From NCBI GenBank assembly GCA_032718475.1, contig JAUCBJ010008857.1, positions 1 to 64,000 of the forward strand: 64,000 nucleotides of DNA, given 5' to 3'. The notes beneath the pieces are model-generated. The model saw nothing but the letters and a program-made list of their open reading frames with translations, was not told the origin of the DNA and searched no databases. Source of the DNA: Nemertoderma westbladi (taxonomy: Eukaryota > Animalia > Xenacoelomorpha). This document shows positions 38,619-51,284 of this stretch, one piece after another. Positions within the stretch are counted from its first letter, which is position 1. Each line of letters opens with the position of its first letter. Position numbers and translations under genes: made by a program.

Positions 38619-38643
38619 TTAAATAAATAAATAAATAATTAAA

Positions 38644-38674
<31 letters not shown>

Positions 38675-39709
38675 TAATTGTTTATTCCAGGACCCCCAAG
38701 TTTCCCTGGTGTCCCATAACGTACATGGCCTATAGTTCTAGCACAAACAAAAAAAAAAAAAAAAAAAAAGTAGAGTAAAGTAATGTACTGTAGTAAGGAA
38801 ACACCATTGTATGTACACGTAAATTAAATTAATTAAATAAGTAATTTAATAACGTAAATTAATAAGACCATTATTCAGCCCAAATTCTTAAAACAGACAT
38901 CCCCATGATTCTACTATGGCAGCGATAAATAAATAAATAAATAAACTTTATGGTGATTCTTTACTTTTGAGTTACACTTCGAACAAATCGGCATAAAAAC
39001 ATATTACATATATTTAGGGGGGGGGGGGGGGGAGGGGAGGGGGGAGGGGAGGGGGGGGAGGGTGTAGCCCGCCCTCCCTCCCTTCGCTAAATATTTCAGA
39101 AATTAGTTTTTTATTGCATCTAGAGCAGAATAGAATAAAATGGGAATTTCAAATCTGAAAACTTAAAAAAAAAATTAAAAAATTAGTTCTCGAGTTATCG
39201 GGGAATAAATGTCTGACAATCTGTCTGTCAAAATGTAAGACAGACAAACAACCGACAGACAGCAGACTACATTCCACATCAGAAATGAAATCAGCGACCC
39301 CGAAAACCCCCATAAATATAATTTTAGCTCGGTGATGTGCTTCCTTCATGTGAGACACCATTAACCAACCAGATCCCTTACACGTAGTTTTACATACCAG
39401 ACCCCATACACGTTAGTACACGCACCACAGGTAGTTTTGCGGGGGAAGGTTTGAACTTTGAAGGCGATTATCTCTGAATGACTTTTTTCGTCCTACTACT
39501 CCTCCGTCATTTCTCAACCATTTTTTGCAATTTTTGGTTTTTATGAAAGGTAATTTCATAATCTTCAACAAAATAGCAGCATAACGGCATAATGGCAACA
39601 TTATGTAGATTAAACGACCACATTAGCACAATCCCACACCAAATCGAGTTCCTTCGCCAATGCAAAACCAAGCATTATATTAACATTATATTATTATATT
39701 AAAAAACAT

Positions 39710-39801
39710 GGGTCGCAATTGACCGGGTCGCAATTGTCCGGGTCGCAATTGTCCGGGTCGCAACTGTCCGGGTCGCAATTGTCCGGGTCGCAATTGTCCG
39801 G
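39710..39801. repeat. 15-bp tandem repeat (GGGTCGCAATTGTCC) x6
   Basis: Six direct copies read directly. Confidence 0.95.
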
Positions 39802-40318
39802 ACTATGTGGACGACTTCTGTTACCTGGGATCATGGATCCGGAAGTCAGGTGAGGTGTAGTGAATAATTATTGTATCTTAAGAATTTATAAATAAGAATA
39901 ATTTAAAATACTTTTTCTTGCAATTAAATCTCTGAGATTTAATATTATTTACGAATCAACATTAAAATTATTTAATAAAGCATTTAAACACAGAAACTGA
40001 ATAGAAAATTGAAATGAATTACACACACCGTAAACACTGAGTTCTCTTGAATATATTGGAACGGTCTTAAAAATGATTTCACCTAATTGAACTATGTATC
40101 AACTAAATCAAATTACCCAACACAAATAAATTAGCTTGCATTAGTTACAGCTTAATAGTTATTCGACATACTGTACTAATAATGTAAAATAAGTGCTATT
40201 GGATACACCTTCACCAGTACAATATTAACAGTAACTAATTAAGCACTAAGGATTGATAACAAGCAATAATTTAATTGATTCCATTAAAATAAGGACCGTT
40301 ATCATACTTCATTTGAGT

Positions 40319-41608
40319 TTAGAGTCGACCTACAGAACATTTCCCTGGATAATGGTCGGTATTACAGAATGGACATGGAGGTTTAGGATTTAAGTTTCTA
40401 TTGCCATTTTGATAACCGGACTGTAGGGAAAATCCTTGTGATTTTTCTGTGGTATTGATCTGGTTAGTAGGTTTTATGGAGGTGTGTAAAGTCGTCACTT
40501 TATTTTTATGTTTATAATCCGTTTTATCCTTTTGTTCAAATGCCTTAAATGAGGATGATCCATGATTAGAATTTAAGGAATATCCCCTTGCGTATTTTGA
40601 TAGTTCAAGGCCTTCAACATATTGCTCAATGAATTCTAGTAAGGTATCAACTATAGTATCTATGGTAACTAAGGTATCAACTATAGTATCTATGGTAACT
40701 AAGGTATCCACTATAGTATCTATGGTAACTATGGTATCAACTATAGTATCTATGGTAACTAAGGTATCAACAATAATTCCATCGTCATCTGCATGTGTTT
40801 CATACCACTTTTCGCACATATTTCCAGGCAACCTTTAAAATAGTATTGGCCCTAAGACGGCTGTAATTTCAGCATTAGACGATGTAAGCACATCCATAGC
40901 TCGAAGACTGTGGATATTTGTTACCATTACATCCTTCATATTCCTCAGCGTTTCAGGAGAGGAGGTTTGTCCTCCTTTTGGAAGGTCTAATAAAGCCATA
41001 ACATGTGCGTTTATTCTTGGTATTCGTTTTCCGAATCGCCTGTGTATTATAGCAATAGCATGAGTGTAATTATTTTGTGTGGGTTTCAATCCGGAAATGG
41101 CACTCTTTGCAGTGCCAGTTAAAGATTGGAGAAGATAATCGAACCTATCTATGTCTGATAAATTAGGATTTAAATAATATCTAGAATCAAATCTGTCCCA
41201 AAATGATTGGTATTTCAAAGGATTTCCATCAAATGGATCTGCTGTTGTAAGTTTTTCTAATTTAATGTGTGACGAACCAGTAAGATTAGAAGTAAGGGGA
41301 GCCGAAGGTGTAGAAGGGAGGTTTGGAGGCTCCAATTCTTTGATTCTGTGTTTTAAATACTCAATAATAAGTTCACATTGTGATTCATATTTAGAATTAT
41401 CGTAAAAATATCTGTCAGTATCAGTTTCATTGATTTCTGGTAGTAATTCTTCTCTAACCTTTTGAAACTTCGCGTAAGTTTTCTCAATGGACACTAAACG
41501 TGCTCGTAATTCGGGTATTGAGGTTGTCAGTAGCCAATCATTGACATCCTTGAATGTTCTTGTTATAACGCCCTTTAACCCAGATCGTGATTTTTGAAGT
41601 GTAGACAT
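40319..41608 (-). pseudogene. BEL/Pao gag (DUF1759-type domain plus CCHC knuckle) with one in-frame stop
   Basis: IKLEKL..FDGNPLKYQSFWDRF..LSDIDRFDYLLQSLTGTAKSAISGL..NYTHAIAIIHRRFG; ORFs 40835-41608 and 40319-40831 are in the same frame separated only by TAA (PILF*RLP); CPFCNTDHYPGKC knuckle. Confidence 0.85.
40640..40771 (-). repeat. In-frame 30-bp minisatellite (~4.4 copies) in gag, encoding (DTLVTIDTIV)n
   Basis: Plus-strand unit TAAGGTATCAACTATAGTATCTATGGTAAC. Confidence 0.92.
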
Positions 41609-42529
41609 TATAGCGGTTGATTAGAATCATGTAATTTAATTGATTCCATTAAAATAAAGACCGTTATCATATTATAGATATTGAGAGTAATTTAATGAAT
41701 GTTTAAGAAATCAACCTAATTTGTCACATGAGGACCTTCGAAAACGTAAGGGAATGGAAAGGCGAAGGCAGCCTTGAATAGGCTTTCCAGGATTTGGAAG
41801 TCACCGAGAATTAATCGGAAACTTAAGGTCCGATTATTTAGAGCAACAGTAGTTCCAGTACTCCTCTACGGGAGTCCATGCTGGGCTCTAACTGCTGAGG
41901 ACACCAAATCTCTGGATGGCACATTCACAAGAATGCTGCGCCGGGTTCATTGTGTCAAGTACAATGCACACATCTCCAACCAGACACTATATAACATTGG
42001 AGGTGTCTCATTGGTTCCCCCAAGCTTGACACTAGAACAAAATCGCCTCCGCTTTGCAGGACATTGCTTTCGCCGTGAGGACCAGCCAGTGCATAATCTT
42101 GTACTTTGGCAGCCTCATGGAGTGAATAAGCATGGTGGACAGCCCATGACTTTCTTGAGACGCATCTTAAAGGACACTGGCCTTAAAGATGCGGATGATC
42201 TAGCAAATGTCATGGGTGATAGGGAGTTGTGGCGGTGCAATTTTGTTGACAAGCCGGCACAGCATTCTTAAAAATGCAGCTGCAATGCAGCATGCCGATC
42301 CTAGTAGTATTTACGTATATGTGCTTTCTTAAATTACGCTTCAGTAATGGAGCTACTAGCAGCGGAAACCAACATCATTAACCAATATAAACCCCCACTA
42401 AACATTGTCAAACCAACAATTTAAGTACGTAATACCAACTCCATACGAAGCGAACTTACGGACCTAAATGGAGGACTTAATTAATATGGCTCGCCCCATT
42501 GTTTGTTACTGGTTTAATTGCGGTACTGG

Positions 42530-43163
42530 ATTAATTAATTAATTAATTAATTAACGATATTAATTAATTAATTAACTATATTAATTAATTAATTAACTAT
42601 ATTAATTAATTAATTAACTATATTAATTAATTAATTAACTATATCAATTAATTAATTAACTATATTAATTAATTAATTAACTATATTAATTAATTAATCA
42701 ACTATATTAATTAATTAATTAACTATATTAATTAATTAATTAACTATATTAATTAATTAATTAACTATATTAATTAATTAATTAACTATATTAATTAATT
42801 AATTAACTATATTAATTAATTAATTAACTATATTAATTAATTAATTAACTACATTAATTAATTAATTAACTATATTAATTAATTAATTAACTATATTAAT
42901 TAATTAATTAACTATATTAATTAATTAATTAACTATATTAATTAATTAATTAACTATATTAATTAATTAATTAACTATATTAATTAATTAATTAACTATA
43001 TTAATTAATTAATTAACTATATTAATTAATTAATTAACTATATTAACTATATTAATTAATTAATAAACTATATTAATTAATTAATTAACTATATTAATTA
43101 ATTAATTAACTATATTAATTAATTAATTAACGATATTAATTAATTAATTAACTATATTAATTA
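42530..43163. repeat. 21-bp AT-rich minisatellite (ATTAATTAATTAATTAACTAT), ~29 copies
   Basis: Unit read directly; built on the palindromic (TTAA)n. Confidence 0.97.
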
Positions 43164-43867
43164 CGTAACGAAGAGTCCATATTATTCCATATCAATCCAT
43201 TTCATTCACCAGCTATATGACGTTTATTTTGTAATGGAGCCCTACTTAATTACATTACTTATGACAAATATTTACATAATAACGGCTAATACATTACTTA
43301 CATAATTAATGACATTACATTTAGTATAATTATATGACACCATTCCTTTTGTACGGTTACGTTTTCATTTACACACATTAAACGGTCATATATCGTCCAA
43401 TCACCATCACTCTCATCGCTATTGGGTGGAGGGAAATTTAAATCGTAACAGTGCTCTTTGTCAGTTAATCCGGTGAGGGTTTTTTAGTTTTTAGTTTTTC
43501 CTACATACACAGTAGTACTGATGCAGGCCAGGAGGCCGATAACGTTTTACTGTAAAACCTTAGCGTTTTAAACCAGCCAGAATCCTAAATAACTGTCGTT
43601 ATTATTCTTAATATCACCGTATAATCTACAATAATGTCACGCACTTTTCTTAATTTAATAATTAATATTTTATTTATTTTTATTTTATTTTGTTCTTAAT
43701 ATTTTGAATGAAAAATTGTAAAAAAACATGGGTGGGTTTTTTCAATTTTTAAAAAATTTTGATTTTACAAAATTGTTAATTATCAGAAATAGGAAAACGA
43801 AAATACAAAAAGTCGTGAAAAAAATGTGGCATCGGAAATTAAAAATGGAAAATACAGTAGCACTGCA

Positions 43868-44129
43868 TACTACTACAATCGGCATGCTGCATTGCAGCTG
43901 CTTTATATATATATTACATATATATTAAGCATGCTGTGCCGGCTTGTCGACAAAGTTGCGCCTCTACAACTCCCTATCACCCATGAGATTTGCTAGATGA
44001 TCCGCATCTTCAAGGCCAGTGTCCTTTATGATGCGTCTCAAGAAAGTCATGGGCTGTCCACCATGCTTATTCACTCCATGAGGCCGCCAAAGCACAAGAT
44101 TATGCACTGGCTGGTCCTCACGGCGAAAG
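43868..44129 (-). mobile_element. 3' fragment of the same RTE LINE, inverted
   Basis: Reverse complement of 42067-42308 with a (TA)n insertion at ~43903-43925; (TAC)n tail at 43868. Confidence 0.85.
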
Positions 44130-44289
44130 AACTGCATAGTATCAGGCGGGGATACAACATGCTCTACTTGCTCATGCTACCAGATGAACTCCTTGCGAAA
44201 ACACTGGTATATCTCGCAGAGGATGACAACCAGAAATGTATTGCCACTCGTTACTGCTATGTTTGGAAGGTGAAAATCCTTTAACAATT

Positions 44290-44605
44290 ATTAATGCGCA
44301 GGATTTAATTGGTGTTTGTACGAATTGTTAATTCCTGAGGCCTGAGGCTTTTATTACTTATGCCTGTTCTATAACAAATTCTTCTATTATTATGAGATAA
44401 ATTGTTCTTAACTACGTAAAGATTCCATGTATCTTTATAATCGTCACAGTCCTCTCCGAACTGTCTGAGGTTGGAATTACCTAGGCCAATGTTGTATCCC
44501 ATTAAATGTTCGTGTAATTTGGTTGTAACATTTTGTGTTCATCTGTCAGGGTTAACTGAGCATAGCAATTCCAGCAGCACAATAATTGGGTGTGTCCGAT
44601 ATTAT
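44290..44605 (-). pseudogene. Possible decayed GIY-YIG endonuclease end of a Penelope-like element
   Basis: Broken minus-strand translation IGHT...TQNVTTKLHEHLMG...RRIC...I..KSLRP..N resembles the YIG.T...R..EH...RR..E...I....P..N pattern; several frameshifts needed. Confidence 0.3.
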
Positions 44606-44677
44606 TTTTTAATTGTTTTATTTGTTTACCGCTTTTGATCACTTGGTACACACTGTTATTTATAGATAGTTATTTAT

Positions 44678-44912
44678 TTTAGGTCCGCGTAGCGAGACCT
44701 CTAGTTTTCACGCCATTGTTGTTGTTGTTAATTTCCAGTTGGCTTTTAGTAATAAGGCTTCATACGCATAGCGCAGTAGAGAAGTTGGTAGAGCGTGGGA
44801 CTTGGAATCTCTAGGTACCGCGAGTTCATTCCGGTGAATCTTTTTTGTAGTAATATTGGTAGTAAGCTATTCAAGGAGGAGACAGTTCATACGTTAGTAG
44901 ACGCGGACCGCG
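44678..44912 (+). mobile_element. Small HINE-like element containing a tRNA-like segment
   Basis: 5' hairpin AGGTC..GACCT, (TTG)n, 9-bp subterminal inverted repeat GGTCCGCGT (44682) / ACGCGGACC (44901); internal TAGCGCAGT..GGTAGAGCGTGGGACTTGGAATCTCTAGGT..GAGTTCATTCC resembles a degenerate tRNA. Confidence 0.35.
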
Positions 44913-45771
44913 CTTGGTGGGATAAATATTTCTCCATTTGACGCAACACCGCCGCGGCCGCTATGAGGGAGGTGAATACCGCGGCCGCTCCTAAAGCCGC
45001 AGGCCATCGCTAACTATATAGGTTAACTTGGGATTCTGGGGGACTTTTCGATGAAGGAACTGACCAAATTTTTTTATTTTCTCACCAGGGGAGCGGCTCG
45101 GAATTCTAAGATATTAGCAACTCTAACATTATTAAATCTAACCCTTCGACGGACACGGCGGACAAAAAACCGACATTTTTTCGACAATTTTAAAATTTTT
45201 TTGAAAGGCGCTCTACAGTGGCTCGAAAAAACCCTAGGTTATTGCTTAGCCGACGCCGGGATACGATAGAAGGGATTAATTAGTGAATTCGTTTTTTTTT
45301 TCAAAAAAGATTACCACGCCTTTTTTCCGAAAATGTCCGTCAAAGTTGAAAAAGAGGACAAAATGACTTTGCGGGATCCGCTATAACTAGGCTAATATTA
45401 ATCGTACGGGGACGAAAGTAACGCGGTTGGAAAGGGGAAGAGTGGTACTACCTTCGTATCGAATGGGGGTAAGATATTTATTAAAATTTCGGGTGGAAAA
45501 AGGGGCTGTAAATTTGTACGTTTTTGTCCGTCTTTTTTGGAAAACTTATTTCCGAAATGTTTAATTCGACAACGCGGGTAGGAATCCACTAATTCTTTTA
45601 TGAAACTCGTAGAAGACCATTGGGGCTACGTTCCTATCGAATGGGGGTACAAAAAATATGTCGGCAATAGGGGCCAAAAAGGGCCAGAATTTGTAAAGTA
45701 GTTTTTATCGAATAATTTTTTATTTTTAACTTTAGTTGGTTAAGGTACATTCTATACAGTCAATATCCATA
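44913..45771 (+). repeat. 859-bp dispersed direct repeat, copy 1 (non-coding, probably DNA-transposon internal sequence)
   Basis: Nearly identical to 50405-51263 (offset 5492); only a handful of substitutions visible. Confidence 0.92.
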
Positions 45772-46374
45772 CGGGGAATTCAAATATGCTATCGGTTTTG
45801 CTCCAAGGATGATATTAAAAAAATGAGGGCCAAAATTATAATTTCGCGCTTCAAACTTGCTTCGCGGGAAATCGTCTAGCTCGAAAACTACTTAACTTAC
45901 GGGAGATTTGTTTACACAGACTTATAGTGCGTTAAATTATCTATCTAACAGCGTTAATCACAGCGCCGGAGGTATTATAAAACTGGAGCGGCAGGCGATC
46001 GTGTGAAATATAATATTTATAAAAAGGGACGAAAATTTTTTTTTTTAACAAATCGCTATTCCATTATAATTTAGCGTATTGCGCCAAAAGCACCTGTAAA
46101 AAGTATCAAATTAACTCCGCTATCTTTTATCTTAACATAGATAATTAAAATTACGAATTTTAAGGGTCGAAAAATATCGCGTTATTTTGGCCCTTTTTTT
46201 TAAATTTTTTTGGGGCCAAAAATAACCCCTTCTCAAAAGATTAAGAAAAAAATTACGGCAAAGAATATACCAATTTTATTGAATTTGGACCACCAGAACC
46301 GAAGTTAGAGCGATTTTAGTGAAAAAATAAAAATAATTTTTTTTGCAAAAAAATTAAGAATGGTCAGGTCAATA

Positions 46375-46440
46375 TTGGATTTCGAACCCGCGAACTTAGG
46401 TTTCATTAACGTGATTGATAACCACTAGACTATGTGACCG
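46375..46440 (-). other. tRNA-derived Pol III promoter remnant (SINE head or pseudo-tRNA)
   Basis: Minus strand GGTCACATAGTCTAGTGGTTA (A box) ... GGGTTCGAAATCC (B box); no closing acceptor stem. Confidence 0.4.
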
Positions 46441-46989
46441 AGAGAAAGCCGCCCCAATATTAGATTATTACAACAACATATCCATTTGGTAAGAAAGTGG
46501 AGGAGAGCCAGCTCGTCTCTTAATTTTTTACTTTATATTACGCGATCAATTTTCACTCATCTCGTCATGAACCCAACATGTATGTAACCTTTTGATAAAT
46601 TTGTTGGCTATGCGTTTGCGGTTGTTTGGGCGGAGTGTGGTAGGCCTACACTTTTCACACTTAAATATTTTGGTTGTGAAATGTTACAGGGCATAGCGAT
46701 CTGAGATATTTCATTTATATTTTATTATGAGAGGAAGAAGAACATACAACGTTATTTACTATGTAACAAAATAATTGTTTTCGGGTTTAACTTGGAAGCC
46801 TCCCCAAATAGTTGATATACAATTATATTTAAAATTATTTCCATGGTCATGGTCATTCACCCGTCTTTAGTTAGAAATTTGTTTGCATGAAAGACAGTTT
46901 AGTTTAGTTTTTACTGATTTATTATCTCTTATCTGACTGGGGTAATAATAAAGGATAGGATAAATGGAAGCAAAGTGTGACAGTAACAA

Positions 46990-47400
46990 ATATTTCCCCG
47001 TCACCCTAGCATGTGGGGCGAGCCACGAAGTGAGTGAGCCTTAGCGTAGTGGTACCATTAATCAACCTGTCGTTCTGTCGTTCTGTCGTTCTGTCGTTCT
47101 GTCGTTCTGTCGTGTTCAATTTTAAACGTTAATAACTCGGCCAATCTTTGATGAAATCTATCCAAACTTGGTACACATGTTGTTTGGCAAAAGTTTAGAA
47201 ATTTTCCAAGTAGAATTTCCGTGTGGCCTTCGAGAAGCTAAGATAATAGCAGTTAATTAGTTAATTAAGTTTGATTACGGTAAAAACACCATTTTCAACC
47301 TGCCTTTTAAAGGAAATTAATTGTTTTACAGTATAAGACTTCAATAATTATACTTAAAAAATATACAGATGTAATCCGCATACTCCATTCTATTATAGTT
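46990..47400 (+). mobile_element. 5' part of another HINE/DINE-like non-autonomous element
   Basis: GC-rich hairpin-prone 5' block, (CTGTCGTT)n at 47066-47113, followed by ATAACTC..AAACTTGGTACACATG typical of such elements; right end not identified. Confidence 0.35.
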
Positions 47401-50400
47401 TTTAATTAGTTCAAGTGATTTGCTTTAATAATCGTGTCTTTAATTGATCTAAAGTAATTAAACCGGCATAAAAAATGTATTCTCATTAAATACTGCTCAT
47501 TTATTGGTTAACTCAAGTTGGCTTGTTTCCCAGCAACACTTGAGGTATTCAGTCAGCCTCGCTTGTAAGAGGCAGACTGCTGCTGCTGCTGGTAGCCATC
47601 CATTCACTCACTCTCCATTGAACTGGCTGATTGGAGGTGTGTGTGTATCGGGTTCAATGACATTAATATTATTACTAAAGTAACTTCGGGATGTTAATAT
47701 TCACTGGAGCTATGAGTCTCTCTGGTTAGTTGAATGAATGAAATAAAGAATTGTTTTACTGTTCCGAATATCAATGTTTATTTCTGTAGGCCAACTTACT
47801 GTATTATTATTTAATCTAAATGTACATAATAGTTTAAATAAATTATTTCACAATTTCATTCCAATTCATACTGCTTACGCAACCATGCTAATTAGGTATA
47901 TTAAATGGCAGGATTGTTTTTAATTAAAATTTTTACAGAGCAAACAAGTATATTGTATTTAACTGAAAGTTAATTTATTTCGGTAAGTAGGCCTTGCGGT
48001 TTGTTAGTTTAGTTAGTATAATAAGTATCAAATATATTACGTGCTGCTGTACAGTAAACGCGGCTTTGCGTTATTGAATTACAGAATTGGCGGTACAAAG
48101 TACATTAATAGGGATCAGGCATATTGCATTTATATAATTGTTGTTGTAAATGTACAATAATATGCGCCACTTTTATTTTAGTAACTGAAATGTGTATTTC
48201 ATTTGTACCTGCAACCCATTAAAAAGGGCAGCTGAACATATCGCGGACAGGCTGACTATTCACCATAACAAAAAAACCCAAATCGCCGCAGTTCCACTTA
48301 CAATTCCATATTATTCTGTTTTGCTATTCAACCCAATTTATCTGCTCTCTGCTACACGCGGTTTTATCCACGAGTTTTGTAAAGTCCCGACTTATCGGGA
48401 ATGACATGAACTTAGCGTCCGGAATATTCTGAACAGATTAAATCTACTTGGCGCTGTAATACTGCATCCCGTTGTACCAGAAGTTATTAAAACATACCGG
48501 CCCCTCAAATGCGCTTGCAGTGGGTTAGAGAACAACATATACCGCCCCAGTACAACCGCTATTTTGATAAGGTCCATAATATATAATATATATATATGGT
48601 CTAACATATGATAGTTCACTAATCAGCTAATAGGCCTATTAATTCGTGAGATTTCAATTTATAAATAAAACTAATATACGAGCTCATATGAGCTCAATTG
48701 ATTGATTGATTGAAGGTATGACCGTTGTTGTGGGGGACTAGGTCTACCTGTCTAGCAGCTAATAACTCGTCCGTGGAGAGAATAATATAAGTCGAGGAAC
48801 ATAACGAAACGCGTTTAATTTATTTATTTATTCCAATTGGGGATGCTTTCTAACGCGGGAATGCGGTGCTATTAAACATCAACACATTCCTGCGCGTGCG
48901 TCGATATTGTGCACCCTAATACTAACAACCCACCCAGACACCCCCTAACCCTCACCCCCCCCCCCCCCCCCCCATCACCCAACATTACTATGTATAGATC
49001 AATGCAGCTCAATATATTAGTAAAGGTATCGTCTGATTAGCTTTCCTACACATGACCTCTTATCCTTGTAGTTGTTTATTTATTTACACTATTTTTTGTT
49101 GAGTAAATCTTTCTGATAGGGGGGGGGGGGGGGGGGGGGGGACTTACTCTGGACGAGCGCAACGATTGAACGACGCTTATAATAATTAAGACGAGTACGG
49201 CGTTGATTATATTCATATACACCACCTGGCTTTGCATATTGAACGTGCGATTGGAAATAAGTTCGTTCTACCCTTCCGTGGGTGGTAGATGTCACGGTTA
49301 TGTATTGGTGGTTGAGAAGGGTGGGGGGGGGGGGGGATTAAAAGGGGTGAACACGTACTGTCCCCCTTTCTTTGATTGATTGGTGGTGTGGGTAAATTTC
49401 TCAAAACCTGATTTTGTGATACAGTCGCTTAATTTTAATTTGTATCTCATAACTGGACCTCGTGCTGCGCGAAGGCCCCACGAACGTGTCTTAAGTATAT
49501 GATATCTCAAAGGGGGAAGTTTGGATTCACTGCATAAATGCAGTTCACCAAACTTCCCCCGAATGCACACTGTAACTTCCCCCTTCCCCCAAATATCCAC
49601 TGTTGAATTAATTTGAAGCGATATAATAAGTACAAAATTGTGCGAGTTTTTAATTGTGTGGTCCAATTGTTATTTGATTTCTATTTATTATTTAAAGTGC
49701 ATTTAATATCACACTGGTTTTTAGAATATTATACTATACAACCTTATGTTTTATTAATTTACCCAATCGAAGCCTCATAAGGGCCGGTTATTTGTACGCA
49801 TATCCCCTAATGCGCTCAGTAAGGTTCAAACAACATATTAATATGAAAATAAAGTATCTGCAAAGAAAATAACCCAATACTATATAATTTGACCTTATTA
49901 AAAAATTTGCACACTTATTTGTACAAATGCACTTTAGCAGATCGTAATGGTGGCTCTTATTTAACAAACTTATGTTTATCCTCTACCGATCTACGATGGT
50001 GTGTGATCAAGTGTCAGTCGCTAAAAGTGTCAAAAATCCAATTTAATAAATCTGGATTTGCGATTTTGGACCATATTCATGGATATTTTAAGTCACTTTA
50101 TAGACATAAAAAGTTAAACAAATGTTACGATTATAGTTAGAAATCATTCCAAACTACATTTTAATCCAAAAAATAACATTCTACGATGAATAGAACTGGA
50201 AATAATAGTGTTTGAAATATCGAAAAAATGTTCACTATTTAAGTGCATTTTGCACTAAGTGCACATAAGTCTTTTCCCAAGTTTTATCCTATTTCACACA
50301 CTACAACCTATCCTCTATCCAATGAAAAAAGTTTCAGATTAAACGGCCCTGTAGAACCAAAGTTATTTATGTTTAAAAATAGTCACTCGAAAATTTCAAA

Positions 50401-50404
50401 TTCT

Positions 50405-51263
50405 CTTGGTGGGATAAATATTTCTCCATTTGACGCAACACCGCCGCGGCCGCTATGAGGGAGGTGAATACCGCGGCCGCTCCTAAAGCCGCAGGCCATC
50501 GCTAACTATATAGGTTAACTTGGGATTCTGGGGGACTTTTCGATGAAGGAACTGACCAAATTTTTTTATTTTCTCACCAGGGGAGCGGCTCGGAATTCTA
50601 AGATATTAGCAACTCTAACATTATTAAATCTTACCCTTCGACGGACACGGCGGACAAAAAACCGTCATTTTTTCGACAATTTTAAAATTTTTTTGAAAGG
50701 CGCTCTACAGTGGCTCGAAAAAACCCTAGGTTATTGCTTAGCCGACGCCGGGATACGATAGAAGGGATTAATTAGTGAATTCGTTTTTTTTTTCAAAAAA
50801 GATTACCACGCCTTTTTTCCGAAAATGTCCGTCAAAGTTGAAAAAACGGACACAATGACTTTGCGGGATCCGCTATAACTCGGCTAATATTAATCGTACG
50901 GGGACGAAAGTAACGCGGTTGGAAAGGGGAAGAGTGGTACTACCTTCGTATCGAATGGGGGTAAGATATTTATTAAAATTTCGGGTGGAAAAAGGGGCTG
51001 TAAATTTGTACGTTTTTGTCCGTCTTTTTTGGAAAACTTATTTCCGAAATGTTTAATTCGACAACGCGGGTAGGAATCCACTAATTCTTTTATGAAACTC
51101 GTAGAAGACCATTGGGGCTACGTTCCTATCGAATGGGGGTACAAAAAATATGTCGGCAATAGGGGCCAAAAAGGGCCAGAATTTGTAAAGTAGTTTTTAT
51201 CGAACAATTTTTTATTTTTAACTTTAGTTGGTTAAGGTACATTCTATACAGTCAATATCCATA
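50405..51263 (+). repeat. 859-bp dispersed direct repeat, copy 2
   Basis: Matches 44913-45771. Confidence 0.92.
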
Positions 51264-51284
51264 TACTAATAACATATACTAATA

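Larger units (their letters stand above)
39856..41728 (-). mobile_element. Internally deleted BEL/Pao LTR retrotransposon (gag only)
   Basis: TGT...ACA termini, 5-bp TSD TGAGG at 39851-39855 and 41729-41733; BEL/Pao gag inside; no pol. Confidence 0.88.
39802..42310 (+). mobile_element. 5'-truncated RTE-clade LINE, interrupted by the BEL/Pao insertion at 39856-41728
   Basis: YVDDFCYLGSWIRKS at 39804-39848 continues after the insertion as EDLRKRKG..AKAALNRLSRIWKSPRINRKLKVRLFRATVVPVLLYGSPCWALT..RLRFAGHCFR (ORF 41774-42271), the post-RT C-terminal region of RTE elements; short TAGTAGTA tail. Confidence 0.85.

Noticed and set aside
40832-40837. Programmed stop read-through in gag
   Set aside because: The TAA falls mid-gag in an element lacking pol; a simple nonsense mutation is more parsimonious.
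44765-44835. tRNA-Pro(TGG)-like gene
   Set aside because: Anticodon arm and T-loop-like words are present but the D arm is interrupted and no acceptor stem closes; treated as a tRNA-derived repeat.
44913-51263. LTR retrotransposon bounded by the 859-bp direct repeats
   Set aside because: No TG..CA termini, TSD, PBS/PPT or gag/pol remnants.
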